Below are positions 23,444-36,507 of a stretch of DNA of 64,000 bases, piece by piece. The position numbers and the translations under genes were made by a program. The notes beneath the pieces are model-generated. The model did not search any database. It was given only the letters and a program-made list of their open reading frames with translations, and was not told where the DNA came from. Origin of the DNA: Pseudovirgaria hyperparasitica (lineage: Eukaryota); assembly GCA_010093815.1 (NCBI GenBank), contig ML996565.1; one strand, given 5' to 3'. Each line of letters opens with the position of its first letter. Position 1 is the first letter of the stretch.

Positions 23444-25691
23444 TCAGTCCGGTGGTTTCTGGTCCGCCCAGCTTGGCGCGACATTCTGACACACATCGAC
23501 CCATTCCAGCCACCTCTGAACACTCTCAGGATCACCCTGTGCTCGCATACTCTCCATACCTTCCATGGTCCAGAACATGGTCCATTGGCCACCCGGCAGC
23601 TTCCAGCTTCCAGCACTGCGCTCCCTGTACCATTTATTGACCGGGTTGTTGGTACGACTCCGCCAGACACAGCCGTTCGGAAAGCAAGTCCGAAGCAGAG
23701 CTTTGAAGACAATGTCTGCTACTCCACCTGTGCCTTGCGCTTTCCGAAGCACAGCAAATTTATCGAGATATGGCACAGGCGGAGCATTTGGATAGTTGGG
23801 AGGTGTTTCCCAGGTGCAGATGGCACCTCCCGCGTACTCACCAGCAATAATGATGCCGGCAATCCGGTTCTGGATGCGTGCAAGGTAGTGTCGGACGTCA
23901 AGCGTGCGGCCGAAGGAGTCCTCAATGAGATAAAGAAGGCGTGGAAAGTCAATCCTCGCGTCGTTGAGGGAGAGATTCGTACCTTTGGGACCAGGTACAC
24001 TCCACGCATCACGGCGAGGGTCGGGGATCATAGTCACCGGAATCCCACGTTTGACAAAGGTCGGATGATTCGAAAGTCCATCTGAAGCTGTTCCAGGGTC
24101 CGTTGAGTGGACATGGAATCGAGACAGCGGTAACGAAGACGAGATCATCGGCTTGTCTGTGAGTAGATTGTGAATCAGGGGGTTCTTAGAACGGCGCGTT
24201 CGGACTCCCGTTGCAGGTGTGGGGGCGATGTTCGGTAGATGCGCAGAGATCGCTGCCGCGCTCGGGGTGATGATCAGACCTGACGATCCCGGAGGTAGTA
24301 ATTTCAAAGACCGCTGGAACAAGTCAAGGTTCTTGATATGTCGGGGTGACAACAATACTTCAGTCTCAATTGCATCTCTGCCCGATGATTGCGACACATG
24401 CAGTGGAGAAATCTCCTGCTCCACAAATTGTGAAAAGGGATTGCTGGTTCCGAGTATAGACGCCTTATTTGAGTTAGTGGTCGTAGTCACACTGGTGTCG
24501 CCTGTACAAGAGCGCTGCAATTCGCTCCTAATATCTTCATACTCTTCTTCCATATTGATAAAGACATGCGCTTTATCTGGTCTCTCTTCCGAAGGGATGC
24601 CCCCAAGAGGATCCAACAGGATAATGCGATCTATAGACGTATTCTTTCGCTTCACGTTGCTGTCGTCAGCTTTGGCCTGATCGTATTCAGTCGGTTGTTT
24701 GATCCCAGCCAGCTCTCTAGTGAGCGCCAGCATGATATCATCTGCTTGTACGCGCCGATTGTTCTGGAGATGCACTTCCGACGCCACTGGTGGCAGTACT
24801 GGGATAATTCCAGCATCCAAGAGGGGTATCAGAAGTTTATTATTAGTGACCTCAACCCCACCCCTAACACGAATTGCAGTAGGAACCTCGGGTTCGTATT
24901 CCGAGAATCCGAGCGCATCTGATATCTTCAGTACACCATGCGCATTATGCGCTGCGATTGCCTCAACGACGCGATCTGTGTGTTCGTGGACTTTCTGCTC
25001 CCACTCTTTCGATATCGCACCGCAGTGCTCGGATCCTCTCTCAGTATCACAGTCGACAACAACGACCAGATTCAAACCTAGTCGCACCAACTGGCTCAAC
25101 GTCAGGCCGATCCCATCCAATATATCGTCGTCGAGGATTTGTGGTTGTCTGAGCTTCACCAGCGCAACATGGATAGTGTCCGGACCATCAGTGGTTGCGA
25201 CTACGGTTTGCTCTAGAAGAGGTGCATAGCTGAACACTGGGCTCTCCCCGATCGCTCTTGTAGGTGTATATAGATTCCCCAGATTGACGCCCGTCTTATG
25301 AAGCCACCAACTGTCAACCTTGCCTGGCTCCGCAGGATTAGGCTTGAGTGTAAGCCCATCTTTCTGCGGCAGGTCAAAGTGCGAGAGGTATGCTTTCGCA
25401 TCCCGCTTCGTCGGTGCGTTCTTCAGCAACGACAATAGGAATTCGCGCTCAGCTTTGCGAGTTTTTGCATTTTCGGCCTTGAGATCGCGGGGAGGAAGGT
25501 CGAGGAACTGTGCGGTCGTGCTGAAGCGAGCACTGGTATGGTTCGATCGCCTATGGCATGCAGAGGTGAGTCTGTTATAATCCTGCGCTGTGTCAGTGGA
25601 CTGCGATCTCGAGTTCAAGGCGGTGAGCCTGACTCACCTTCGAGCTCGCTCGAGCGAGGCCCCTCGATGGGGGAACTGGGAGGATGTTCAT
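23444..25691 (-). CDS. ARG2: Mitochondrial N-acetylglutamate synthase (amino-acid acetyltransferase); one 5' intron
   Basis: TKRDAKAYL, IILLDPLGGIP, HVFINMEEEY, LIHNLLTDKP, YLDKFAV, GVADIVF, WRSRTNNPVNKWY. Confidence 0.93.
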
Positions 25692-25788
25692 GCTTCATAG
25701 TAGGTTCTTTTTGGGGGGTGAAGACTTCAATTGAGCATTGTCAGGCCACGAGAGAAGAAGAAAAAGAAGTTGTGACGCCGCGCGGGGA

Positions 25789-25800
25789 GAGTCATGACTC
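25789..25800. promoter_or_regulatory. Palindromic double CpcA/Gcn4-type element upstream of ARG2
   Basis: GAGTCATGACTC, two inverted TGACTC cores about 100 bp upstream of the inferred ATG. Confidence 0.6.
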
Positions 25801-25855
25801 GTGGAGGGTATAAGTATTCATGGGTTTCAAGCGTCTGTTATGAATGATTACACAA

Positions 25856-25918
25856 GCACATGCATATATGCATATGCACAACTGAATGCACATGCACATG
25901 CACATTTATGCATATGCG
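25856..25918. repeat. Imperfect (ATGCAY)n simple repeat
   Basis: gcacatgcatatatgcatatgcac...atgcacatgcacatgcacatttatgcatatgcg. Confidence 0.7.
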
Positions 25919-26248
25919 CTTCGAGGCGGTGGACAAACAAACCGACATTTGTGCCAAATCTTCCAAGTCTCCACACGTGATTCGTCATTCGGGTGCGTGG
26001 TTTAGATTAGCGGGACTACGCTAGCCGGAGATCCGAGCGATATCCTATCGATAAGCTTATCCGGCAATCGATTCGGATAACGGCCTGTGTATATCTTAGT
26101 ATCAAACGTCATCCTGAGCCGCCGGTGCTCTTCGCATGAATGGATGCATATAGAAGATCGGATATACGGCTGTAAATGTAAACATAGGGATACTGTATAC
26201 ATCCTTTGACAATCCTCTCAGCAATACTATCCATCACCCACATCCAAC

Positions 26249-27321
26249 ATGACACAACTTTCGTGGATCGGTTTGGGGAATATGGGAAGGGTCAGTAACA
26301 TACACTACACTAGCACGTCCACGTACTGCACACATTTGTTGACGCAGGTGCTAGGGCATGGTCAAGAACCTAGTAGAAAAGGGAAACTTGGACAAGCCAA
26401 TCATCATCTACAACCGTACCAAAAAACGAGCCGACGACCTTGCAGCTAAGTTAGATCAAAAGGTTGTGGTTGCAAGTACGGTTGAAGAGGCTGTCCAGTC
26501 TTCCGATGTCATCTTCACCTGTGTGGGAGATGACGCGGCAATCAATGACACCATCGATACTGCCCTGAAACAGAACGTCAAGGGCAAGCTGTTTGTCGAT
26601 TGTTCTACAGTGCATCCAGACACCACAGATGCCTTGGGCAAGAGGATTACTGAGGCAGGAGCCGAATTTGTGGCCTCCCCTGGTACGCTGCCAATTGTAC
26701 AACTCATAGAAGCCGTATTGAATCAATCCAAGTGTTTGGCGCGCCCGCAATGGCAGACAACGGACAACTTGTCTGCGTACTAGCAGGCCCAAAGTCATCC
26801 ATCGAACGGATGAAGCCATATACCGAAAACGTAATTGCGCGTGCAAACATTGAATTCCCAGATCAGAGATATGGACATGCCACTCTGCTGAAAGTCATCG
26901 GCAATACATTCATAGTGAACATGGTCGAAACGCTTGCTGAAGGACACACCGTAGCGGAGAAATCGGGACTGGGCTCTGCGAACCTGCACAAGTTCATTGA
27001 GACCATGTTCCCCGGTCCTTATGTCGCTTACAGTAATCGCATGCAGCAGGGCGATTATTACAAGCGCGAAGAGGTGAGATATATATGTGGTCCATCTGGT
27101 AGATACTAACTTGACTGTAGCCATTGTTTGCTGTCGATCTGGCAAGGAAAGACGTCGGTCATGCTCTGAACCTAGCAAAGGAGTCAGGGGCAAAGATGCG
27201 AAATCTTGAAGCTATTGAGCAGCATCTAGTCGACGTCAAAGAGCATCAAGGAGAGAAGGGTGACATCGCCGGTATATATGGCGCTGTCCGAAAAGAGTCC
27301 GGTCTCAATTTTGAGGTCTAG
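26249..27321 (+). CDS. NAD(P)-dependent beta-hydroxyacid dehydrogenase (3-hydroxyisobutyrate/6PGDH family); 3 introns
   Basis: WIGLGNMG, YNRT, FVDCSTVHP, PVFGAP after splicing, LKVIGN, LARKD. Confidence 0.9.
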
Positions 27322-27906
27322 TCGTACAACGATGGAATCCTGTATAATCAATTCACCACTGATATGAGTGAGAAACTTTGTTCTGTGTGACATCAATTGG
27401 ACTATTATATCCTGATCTATGTATCATTAACTGTTCCAATTTTATTAGTCGTCGTATTGCGCAGTCTTCTCATCTGAAAATATATCAGATTCCAAAAATA
27501 ATATACATATGTTTCTAAAACCCGAATAACTTATATAGGCAGCATGTCATTTAGCTACAAAAGAATCGATTTGTCCTACGACGAGAGGAAGTCAGAGGAG
27601 AAATGTCGATCTATCATTCTATTCTCTCAAAGAAATCAGTCATAACTCTCTGACTCGAAGCCTGAAAACTTATTAGAGACTACAAGCTATACTCACCACC
27701 ACAACAGATATACCTAGTCATACAAAGAACAGTACCACACGGTTCTTCCCTCGCAAATCTACAGATCCACTCAGAATTCTCTGCACATGTAGATTGGTAG
27801 GTTTCGAGAACGATGACGGGGCTCAAAAGCGATATATACATTCTTAGAGTAAGTCATAGACAGAATGGTCTACAGGCCAACGCCTTCAAGATGAACAACG
27901 TTGACA

Positions 27907-29492
27907 CTATTGCTTGATATAGAAATGCCCCTCCGTCTCCTCCAAGACCTCCACCAAATCACCAGCACTAACCCACCCGCTCAGCCCCTGCTCCTCTTCC
28001 TCTTCCTCTCCCTCCTCACCCACACCCAAGCCCGCATCCCACATCGGGACAGACTGCATGCCCAGACACGGATACGGCTGAGCGCCCTCATCAATACGCC
28101 TATATTTAGTCATAGAAACATACGGCTCGTTCGGCGAGCGATCGCCAGTTGCAGGATCGATGTTGGGAAGTTTACAACGGGCCGTGCGGCAGGAGAGATG
28201 GTATTCGTTGAAACGGGGGATTGGATCGAGCTCTTTGCCAATGTCGGAGATTGTTTTTCCTGAGCCGATGCGGATGCGTGCCCATTTGTCCTCGGCGAAT
28301 GGTGTGGTGCCGGATACTGAGATTGTTGTTAGTAGGTTGATTTTGGGTGTTTTGAGGGAGTGTGTCTGATAATTCATACCAATGATGTTGGCGCGGAATC
28401 GCCGAGAGTCCAGTTGTCTGGCTTCTTTTTCTGGGAGCTTTGCTTCGACTTCACGGACGCTGGATAGGCCGATGATGTGTAAGGGGTACTATTTGCATTA
28501 ATATCTGGTCACGGTGCAATATGGACTTGACTAACCGCGTCCTGCATCGCAACAATGGGCTGGTGGTCAACGTCCGCTTTTACTGGGGCATTCCGAAAGA
28601 CTTCTCTGTAGTTGCGGGTGTCTATACGAAAAAGTGTAAAGGGGTTGCGAACACCGAGAAAGTATTTGAGTTGCGCCAGGCTCGTCTCTGGTATCTCAGG
28701 GCCAACATTCAGGAAGGAGTGGTATTCCTTCCAAATCTGCATTTTCTCGGCCGTGTAATTCTTCTCCTGAATCCGATCCGGAGTAGGGTCGTACGGCAGT
28801 GTAAAAGACGACTCTGGCTCGGCCTTCAGATCGAAAGCTAACAGCTTGGCCGACAGAATCGAAGCCAGATTCTTGAGTCCTTGGAAGCTCAAAAGACTCC
28901 AATCTGGCGAGAATGGAAACGAAACTACCACGGCTCCCTTGCTCCGGACATATGGTAGGTTAGGATGGTAGCCGTCAATATCCGGCTCTGGGATCCAGAT
29001 CTCTGTCCTCACTTTCGCCAGTAGAGGAAACTCTCTTTGGGTGATGAACTTCCATTTGTGCTCAACCTCATCCTTGCCATCCGCATTCTTCTGGGGCTGG
29101 GAACTAACAAGCTGTGCAAAGGTGAATTGACGATCATATCTCAGCCCGGTCCGAACGACTTCAGCTTTGGCCAGTTCGACCGGTGCACAGCTTTTGACCG
29201 GATAGATAAGAAGCGCTTTCACGGTCAAAGAAGCCTGCTTCCGCGCCGCTTTAAACTGATCGTCCAGATTTGACTTCCAGTACAGCCCCAGCTTGCGACA
29301 TCCCGCAGGTGGATATAGGCCGACAGGAACAGAAGAATCCAGCCAGTTCAGAAACAGTATGGCCGAAGTTGGGATGGTGAGAACGAGCGCGAAAGTAATG
29401 AAAGCAGAAACATAATCCTCAAAGCTCAGGCTTGCGGCTACGCTGATGAGTTTCTTGTAATCCCATTGAGTGGCACGCAGCGCGATGTCCAT
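27907..29492 (-). CDS. MOSC domain protein with N-terminal membrane anchor; 1 intron
   Basis: IYPVKSC, GLRYDRQF, FITQRE.P, SRRFRANII, SCRTARCKLPNIDP.TG, CLGMQ. Confidence 0.9.
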
Positions 29493-29870
29493 GTTCGACT
29501 GGCAATGCCCTCTACGTTAATTTCCACACGATAATTACAACGACATGTGAGATATGCGAAGGGCGACAGGCCTTCTGATATCAAATTTGCAGGACATCGA
29601 ATACGGCAGGTAGGAACTATTTATGGACTAGTGTGGCGCTCGGCCGCACCAGCCACAGTTCATGATTTGACGTAATCCGTCTGGATCCTCGATCTTATTG
29701 TCGGTCGTTTTCTGTTTGAAATCCGAGTCCTTCGTTCTCGCAGCATTATTCTTAGTGTACAGTGTACAGTGTACAGTCGTCTGTCTTCAAACTTTATCCT
29801 CTTCCAACAACTCAAGGATCAGTCTCCCCTGTACCTGCGCCAGAACACGAGATAGAGACAGACTTCGAAG

Positions 29871-30906
29871 ATGGCGAAGGACAACGAGACTGACATACCC
29901 CATGAACGTACTGAACCCAGACCCGACTTCTCCAAACCGCTGCCTGCGAAGAAGTTACCAAAAGCACTACAAGATACTCTAGATGACGACGAGAAGCTCT
30001 GGGAGGCTCTATACGAGGGACAGTAAGTGCCCAGCTACGTCATACAACGCAGTCTACTCCATCGTCCAAGTCGCCAGGCCCCTCCCTACATGCGAAGTTA
30101 AACATACTTATTCACTATTCAGCGCCCCTGAATCTACAGATAGCAACGTCCGATACGCCGCCTACGCAACGCGCATCCGCACCATCCTCCTCTCCGCCCA
30201 CCGCTACGTCGCATACACGTCCGACATAGGCGAGTCCTTCCGACCTGTCGCACATCCATACCTAGTCAGGGGCGCCTACGGCATATCATGGGCCTACATC
30301 CTCGGCGACGTGTCCAACGAGGGCTACAAGGCGTACCTACGCAACCAGCGCACACTACACCCTGAGAAGTACCTCGAGAAGAACGTCACCGGCAGCGATA
30401 AGCTCAACCCGGGCCAGGCACTGGTGAAGAAACTTGGGCCTGGAATTACAGAGGGCGATCGTGTAGCACAGGGCAGTTTGGAGGGAGGGCGCGTGCCAGC
30501 GATTGAGGACTACCGTGCGGTAATGGCGCAGAGAGCTGCGTTTCAGAGTATTGCCAGTATGGGCCTGCCGGCGTTTACGATACATAGTATTGTGAGATAC
30601 TCAGGACGTGCCTTGAAAGATGCGAAGAATAAGATGATCAGGACGTGGGGCCCGATCGGGGTAAGTGGTAGGATGGGTTATGCCGAGCAACACATGCTAA
30701 CTCTGATATAGCTGGGTCTAATTGCCGTGCCTTTTCTTCCGTACATGTTCGACGAGCCAGTGGAGAAGGCCGTCGAATGGACATTCCACAAGGCGTTCGA
30801 GACTATTGGAGGGCCAGAGGCGGTGATGGGCCAGCCAGTGACGGGACGACAACATAAAGGACAGAAAGAGTCCGAAGCAGGGGCCGCAAAAGAGAAAGAG
30901 TTATAG
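29871..30906 (+). CDS. Mitochondrial fission process protein 1 (MTP18/MTFP1 family); 2 introns
   Basis: RYVAYTSDIGESFRPV, FQSIASMGLPAFTIH, VPFLPYMFDEPVE. Confidence 0.9.
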
Positions 30907-31108
30907 ATGTTGGCATAGACGACATTTTTGACGGTATATATCCCACTCCGCGCCACTACATACACCCGCTCGCCATTCATACCACAAGATACACCTAGGC
31001 ATACACATAGCACCACCTCCCTGTATATAATAACACAAACTCTCAATTCTGGAGATACCTCATATACCATCCAACAACACAAGTTACTGTACATCGTAAA
31101 TTCAATCA

Positions 31109-33284
31109 TCACGAATTCCTCACTAGGCCATCCATGTTAAACCCCTGTTCCATCCCAGCTATCGGACTAACAACAGGACTCACATCCCCTCGACTCCTTC
31201 CCTTCCCTCCTCCACCCTCCCCCTGCCGCCCTCTCCTCGCCCCAACCTCTCTCTCGTCCTCCACCACCGTCTCCGCCAAACTACTCACATCACTCATCCG
31301 CCTCGCCAGAGACCCCTCTCTATTCCGCCCATCATGATCCTCCAGCAGCGACGAGCTATACGCACTCGTCGGACTATCCAGCTCATCCCGTGTAAACGTA
31401 CGGCTAGCTCCGACTTCATACGCAGGAAGATGCGTAGCCGCCATCTGCCCGATCGCCGTCTGCCCGCCGCCACCATACGTGGCGTCTTCAGCATATATAT
31501 GCTGGGTACTCGCAGCCGTGCTCTCGTGCTGTGGTGAGAGACTGCGGCGGTATTCGTGTCCTGGATCGTATGGGTGTCCGGAGACGTAGGTTCCAGCTTC
31601 GTCGGTGTCGGAGGCAGAGGTAGAGGCGGGTTTCGGGGGGACTGTGAGGCGTTGGCGGTGGTGGCGGCGGTGGCGGCGAAGGAAGAAGAGGGCGGCTGTG
31701 AGAGCGAGGATGAGGGCTACGAGGACCCCGAGGACGATGCCTGCGATGGCGCCTGTGGAGAGGCGCGAGGGCGATGAATCGGCGTGGGCGGTTGCGGTGG
31801 TGGTAGTGGTTGGGATTGGTGAGTTGGTGGGCGAGGCTGTGAGGGTTGGAGCGGGGGCCAAAGTGGTTTGGAAGAGGGCGGTGATTTCGGCGGGGATGGA
31901 TGGGTTCGGGGTGCTGTTGGGTGTGAGTTGATGCTTGGGTTAGGAATGGCAGATAGGGTGGACGTACCTGGCTCCTGGATCGGAGAAGGGAGGATTGTTT
32001 TGTGTGAGGTCCCACTCGTCGACGAGCTGGAATGTAGAGAAGTCTATTACTGAGGTATCGCCTGGAGCCCCGGAGGTTTGTCTTTTGCATGACCCCGTGG
32101 TCTCGGGAGTGCTTGAGCCTCCTAGAGCAATACCAAAGCTGTCGCCATGTTTCAGGCAGACATGGTTGTATCTCTGGTGGCGCTTCTCAAATTCACCAAG
32201 CGCATTGTCGTCGAGAGCATTGCTGTGGCGTATCTTGGTCCAAGTGAACGCCGGAACGCTCAGACTCCCTATCTGGTTCAGGAACGCTCACTTGTTTTCT
32301 GAAGTAGAATGACTTACACACGTCACCGTATATGATTGGCTGCCCAGTGGCATCCGCCGTTCTACCGCCGTGAATGACAATGGAGAATGATTTGCCGTCT
32401 TGCGATGGCACCACCCATCCGCAGAACTTTGACCTAGCTCCGGGCACCTTGGACGCATCAGGCGTCGTCAAAACCACTTTAGTCCATTTCCCAGCTTCAA
32501 TATCGAGAAAGTCGATGTCAGTGAGCGGGAGATCGACTGGGCCAGTGCTACCAGGTTCCCACTGCGTCAATCAGTATTCAACTTCATGAAAGACATGATC
32601 GCCTTACATGTTGACCTCCTAGTACGACGAGAGCCCCTGATTTGCCAATCGGCAAAAAGAATACCGCTTCATCTTCTCTAGCAAGTTGATTCGGACCAGA
32701 CGGCGGTGGATTTAAAGTTCGTATCTTCGGCTCGTTCGCAGATGTGTCGAATACAGTAATCGTCGTACTGCCGGCATCCAGTTTCGCAGCAATGGAACGC
32801 CCATACGAAGGGTCACTGGTCATTGAGCCCGTTGGGATGTCAACTTGATCAAGCTGCACTGTCTGCCAGCCATTGTCTTTGGAGGTGTCATACTCGATCA
32901 CGTTGCCAGATTGCCCAAAAGCGTAGACTGAAGTGCGATCGTACCAGAAGCCATCCAGTTTCGCGTCGAAGTTGCTGTTCGGGATATTCTCTGTCGATTC
33001 AATACTCAGCTCGGGCAGGCTGGCCGATACTGAATGTAAGCCGGGCTCTCCTGCTGCTTCCCCGGATCCCTCGACGGGCAAAGTAGCAAAAATGATATTG
33101 TCTCCAATCAATGCAGCTATTGATGTCTCTTTAGCACGCAGCAAGTAGAATGTTGAACGTTCTTACCTTTGACCTCTACTTGGGCGCAAGGATCACTGTT
33201 ACTTGTTTCCGGCTGGTTCTGGTTCTGATCCGACTCATCTCTGGCTCCATTCAATGAACTCGCAACATCATTCAAAACCGGCAT
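31109..33284 (-). CDS. Single-pass membrane protein with a kelch-like extracellular region (multi-exon; start uncertain)
   Basis: GALVVLGG, IDFLDIEAGKW, PGARSKFC, IVIHGG, W.LSVPAFTW; Ser/Thr stalk; LSTGAIAGIVLGV transmembrane segment followed by RRHRRHHR. Confidence 0.7.
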
Positions 33285-34776
33285 CTTCAAAGCACAACGA
33301 CACAACTAAACAACCCCGAAAAGCAAGACAGAAAAATAATTGTCTCGACTTCCCATAAAGAAGGCAGGCATGCGGCTTACATGGAGCGAAACGAACGGAC
33401 CTCTTTAGCGCAGCTCCGCCTCGTATGCGGCACAGATGCACGGAAGGTATACATACCTGGTACAAGGCGGGCGCGCGCGCCTGACGAGGACCATGTAAAC
33501 GACGAGTGGAATGTGTTGGCTTTGAGGCATGCGTGGGTCGCCCCTAGACGTACAGCTTTTAGCGCCAAGGAGCATAATGTGAGACAGATGTTATGCACGT
33601 ACTGCACAGCCTTGTCCGGGTCGGGAAAGCTGCAGGGCACTCACTCTGTGGGGACGTTTGTTTTGCTCAATGCGTTTGAAGAATAGCTCTATGGCCTGAT
33701 TCATAGAGGTTTTTGATATGGAAGATCGACAAGATAAAGTCGAGTCGTCTACCTGCATGTTGTGATAGTCGAAACAGGCAAAGGTCATTCATCACTTCGT
33801 GAAAAAGGCCATGCACACCGTAAGCAGTCATGCGTTAATCAATAAGGCGGTCTGTATCTGATCCATGTTTGAATGACGGCCTTCTCTTGTCGGCCCCACT
33901 ATGAATACACCGACATCGATGTAGCCGCTGAAGAGGACCCTACTGTACAAACGCGGCACAGTTGCGCGCGTACTTACAGATATCTACTACCATGGAAGCG
34001 CTTAGCGCTACGCTCAGTACTATAGTGGATGATGGCATCAACAGATACACTCTGAAGAAACTGTTCATGGCGGAAACAGGCGAAGAGGCGAGGACTGAGC
34101 GAATTCCATTCGATTCACTTGGTCGTGCAGCGGCAATCAATGTTTCTTTTTTTAGCATTGTCCAGGGCTGGGAGGAACGCTAGGCCCAAAGGATGGTAGC
34201 ACAGACAAGGCCACCAACTGCATATCAATGCTATTAATCAATCTTGACACTTTTACACTTTTACACCACGCGACCTTCGACACGTCCATTCTTGATTAAC
34301 TTCTCCCTTCATCCTAGCGTATCCTGTATTCGAGAGTCGCGTTTATGGGTTCCTGTGTGCATTCAAACATACCATATACCACAAATAGGAGAACCGGACA
34401 CACGCATGCAGCGCACAACAATCCCAAGTCATGGCCAGACTTGACGCGCGCGAGATATGAGGGTGGCGTAGCCATATCATTGCCATGCCGGCACAAGTAA
34501 GCCGAATATAGCAAACATCGCACCGAAAAATGTGTTGGAAGTTGGTTCTGCCTGATCTGTCCTCAAGGCGTATAACGGGAGAATGGCATCCAAGTATGCA
34601 CTAAGGCTTCGAATACCATGTCGATTGCTGCAAGATACCTTGCACCACTCGACTCTGACTGGTTATCAGCAGTAAGTGTATCACAAGTCACTGGCCTTGT
34701 TTCACTTCAAAGTCTTCCGAAATGGTGTCGTAACCAAACACAAACATTCATGTTTGTTCGACTTAGAAGAAGGGCA

Positions 34777-35450
34777 TCACAGCCTCATTTCGCAACCACT
34801 CCTTCCAATCAGAATGTTGTAGCCCCTTGATTCAGTTTCTCGTATGTAGATCTCAAACCCCGGGGCATCATATACCAATCGCAGTCGATCATCCAACGTA
34901 TTGAAGTCCTGTTCGGTTTCGTTTCTCAACATTAAGATGTTGTATCCGATTGCAACATCATGAACTGTGACGAAGTCAAAGTCCGCGCCTGTGTACCGGA
35001 ATCGAAGGATGTCGCCCGTTACGGTGAGTATCATATCCATACCTGCCGTGCGTATACGTTCGGCCTGGCTTGGTGAAATCCCCAATAGCTCGTTGGCTCG
35101 TTCCCTGGTGGATCGTTTCTCTGCTGCTGCATGGTTTTGGAGAGATGTACTCGAGCTGGCCAATCCATCTGCCTTGCCGTCAGTAAGGATTTCCTTTGCT
35201 GTGTTTCCTCACGCGATCTCATCACCAATCGGCCCTCTCTCTTACTCTTGGTAGCCTTCTTACGTTCATTAGGGATACGAGTATCCGCAGGTAGATTACG
35301 GCCGGTCGTAGAACCATTGAAGTTGTAGGGTTTTCCTTGCTGTGTTTCAAAACGAAGCCATGCGCTCGGACGTACCGCCGTACTTGTACTACTCCCTTCA
35401 ATAGTGCGGACTTCAGCCTCATCTCCAAAATCGCTCTTGACATTCTCCAC
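34777..35450 (-). CDS. Possible small orphan gene (two ORFs that may be joined by an intron)
   Basis: Protein-like ORFs 35031-35450 and 34777-35163 with a CTGAC...CAG acceptor near 35170; no recognised family. Confidence 0.3.
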
Positions 35451-36507
35451 AGGCTCTTTCCCTTGGCCTGATGTGGCTTTCGATAAGGAGCTGTGTGAAG
35501 TAGGGTCGCGCTGTGGAATGGTATATACAGGGACTGCAGGGACAACTACAACGTTAGCAGCGGACCGGATACAGTCTCAAAAACATACTGAGCTTGACAG
35601 CTCCACTGTCAATGAGACTTTTTATTGCGCCCTTGATAACATCCGACGTAACATCTGCCGGTTGCCGGTCTGAAGGATGAGGGAACATAAAGCGCAATTG
35701 TCGAGGTCCTACTGGTGGGGTCCCAGGAACGACTCTCAGGAGGCCCGAAACCCTTCTATGGAGGCTATCTTGAGTTAATGGCTCTGTCCAATCGGCAAAT
35801 TTGAGATATCCAACTGCGGCGACTATTGTAACTTCTTCGTAGCCTTTATATTGTCAGCAAATTCTTCGCTTATCGACCAAAATTCAGGGTACACTGACTC
35901 GCATCCCAGGGACGGTTGAAGTCACTTCTCCCGCTGAGATACTCTTGCACAGCATATGACATGAGGTCAACAACTTTGCATTCGGCCTAAGGTCGATGGG
36001 ACCCTCTGAAACATAGAAAAAAATTATGTATGGAATGTTGTTGGAAGCATGCCAACAATGAGATACACCGTGAAAGAGCTGAGAATGTAGGCTACTAGTC
36101 CATGTGGTGGTAGAAAGGCACCATCAATGCTAGAAAACTCTGCTGATCTAATTTTTGCTTTGGTCGCCCCTTCTCGTTGTTGATATCGCCCAAAGTGCCT
36201 TCATGGGTAATCTGAACTACATTTGAGGACTGTACCTGAGAAGAGCACGCCTGCATGTTTCAAGAGAAAAGCACGTGGCTAGATGATTCTTGAGGCAAGA
36301 GTTACCAGGCGAAGATAGACTCGTAAAGAAAAAGCTTCCATGTCCCGTTGCTTACACTAGCTACTAGCTACTCAACGCATATATCCATCAGCATTTCTAG
36401 AAGTCGCTCACTGAGCGAGATATTTACCAACACCATGCCTGCCCTTCGATAACTTGTGTTCAAATCATTCCATTGTGATGAAACAGTCCTCTTGGGAACT
36501 ATCTGAA

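Noticed and set aside
29754..29777. (GTGTACA)x3 and similar short tandem repeats
   Set aside because: Ordinary simple repeats with no spacer structure; not CRISPR-like.
33381..34183. Short plus-strand ORFs as a spliced gene
   Set aside because: No convincing gene model or family motif could be built.
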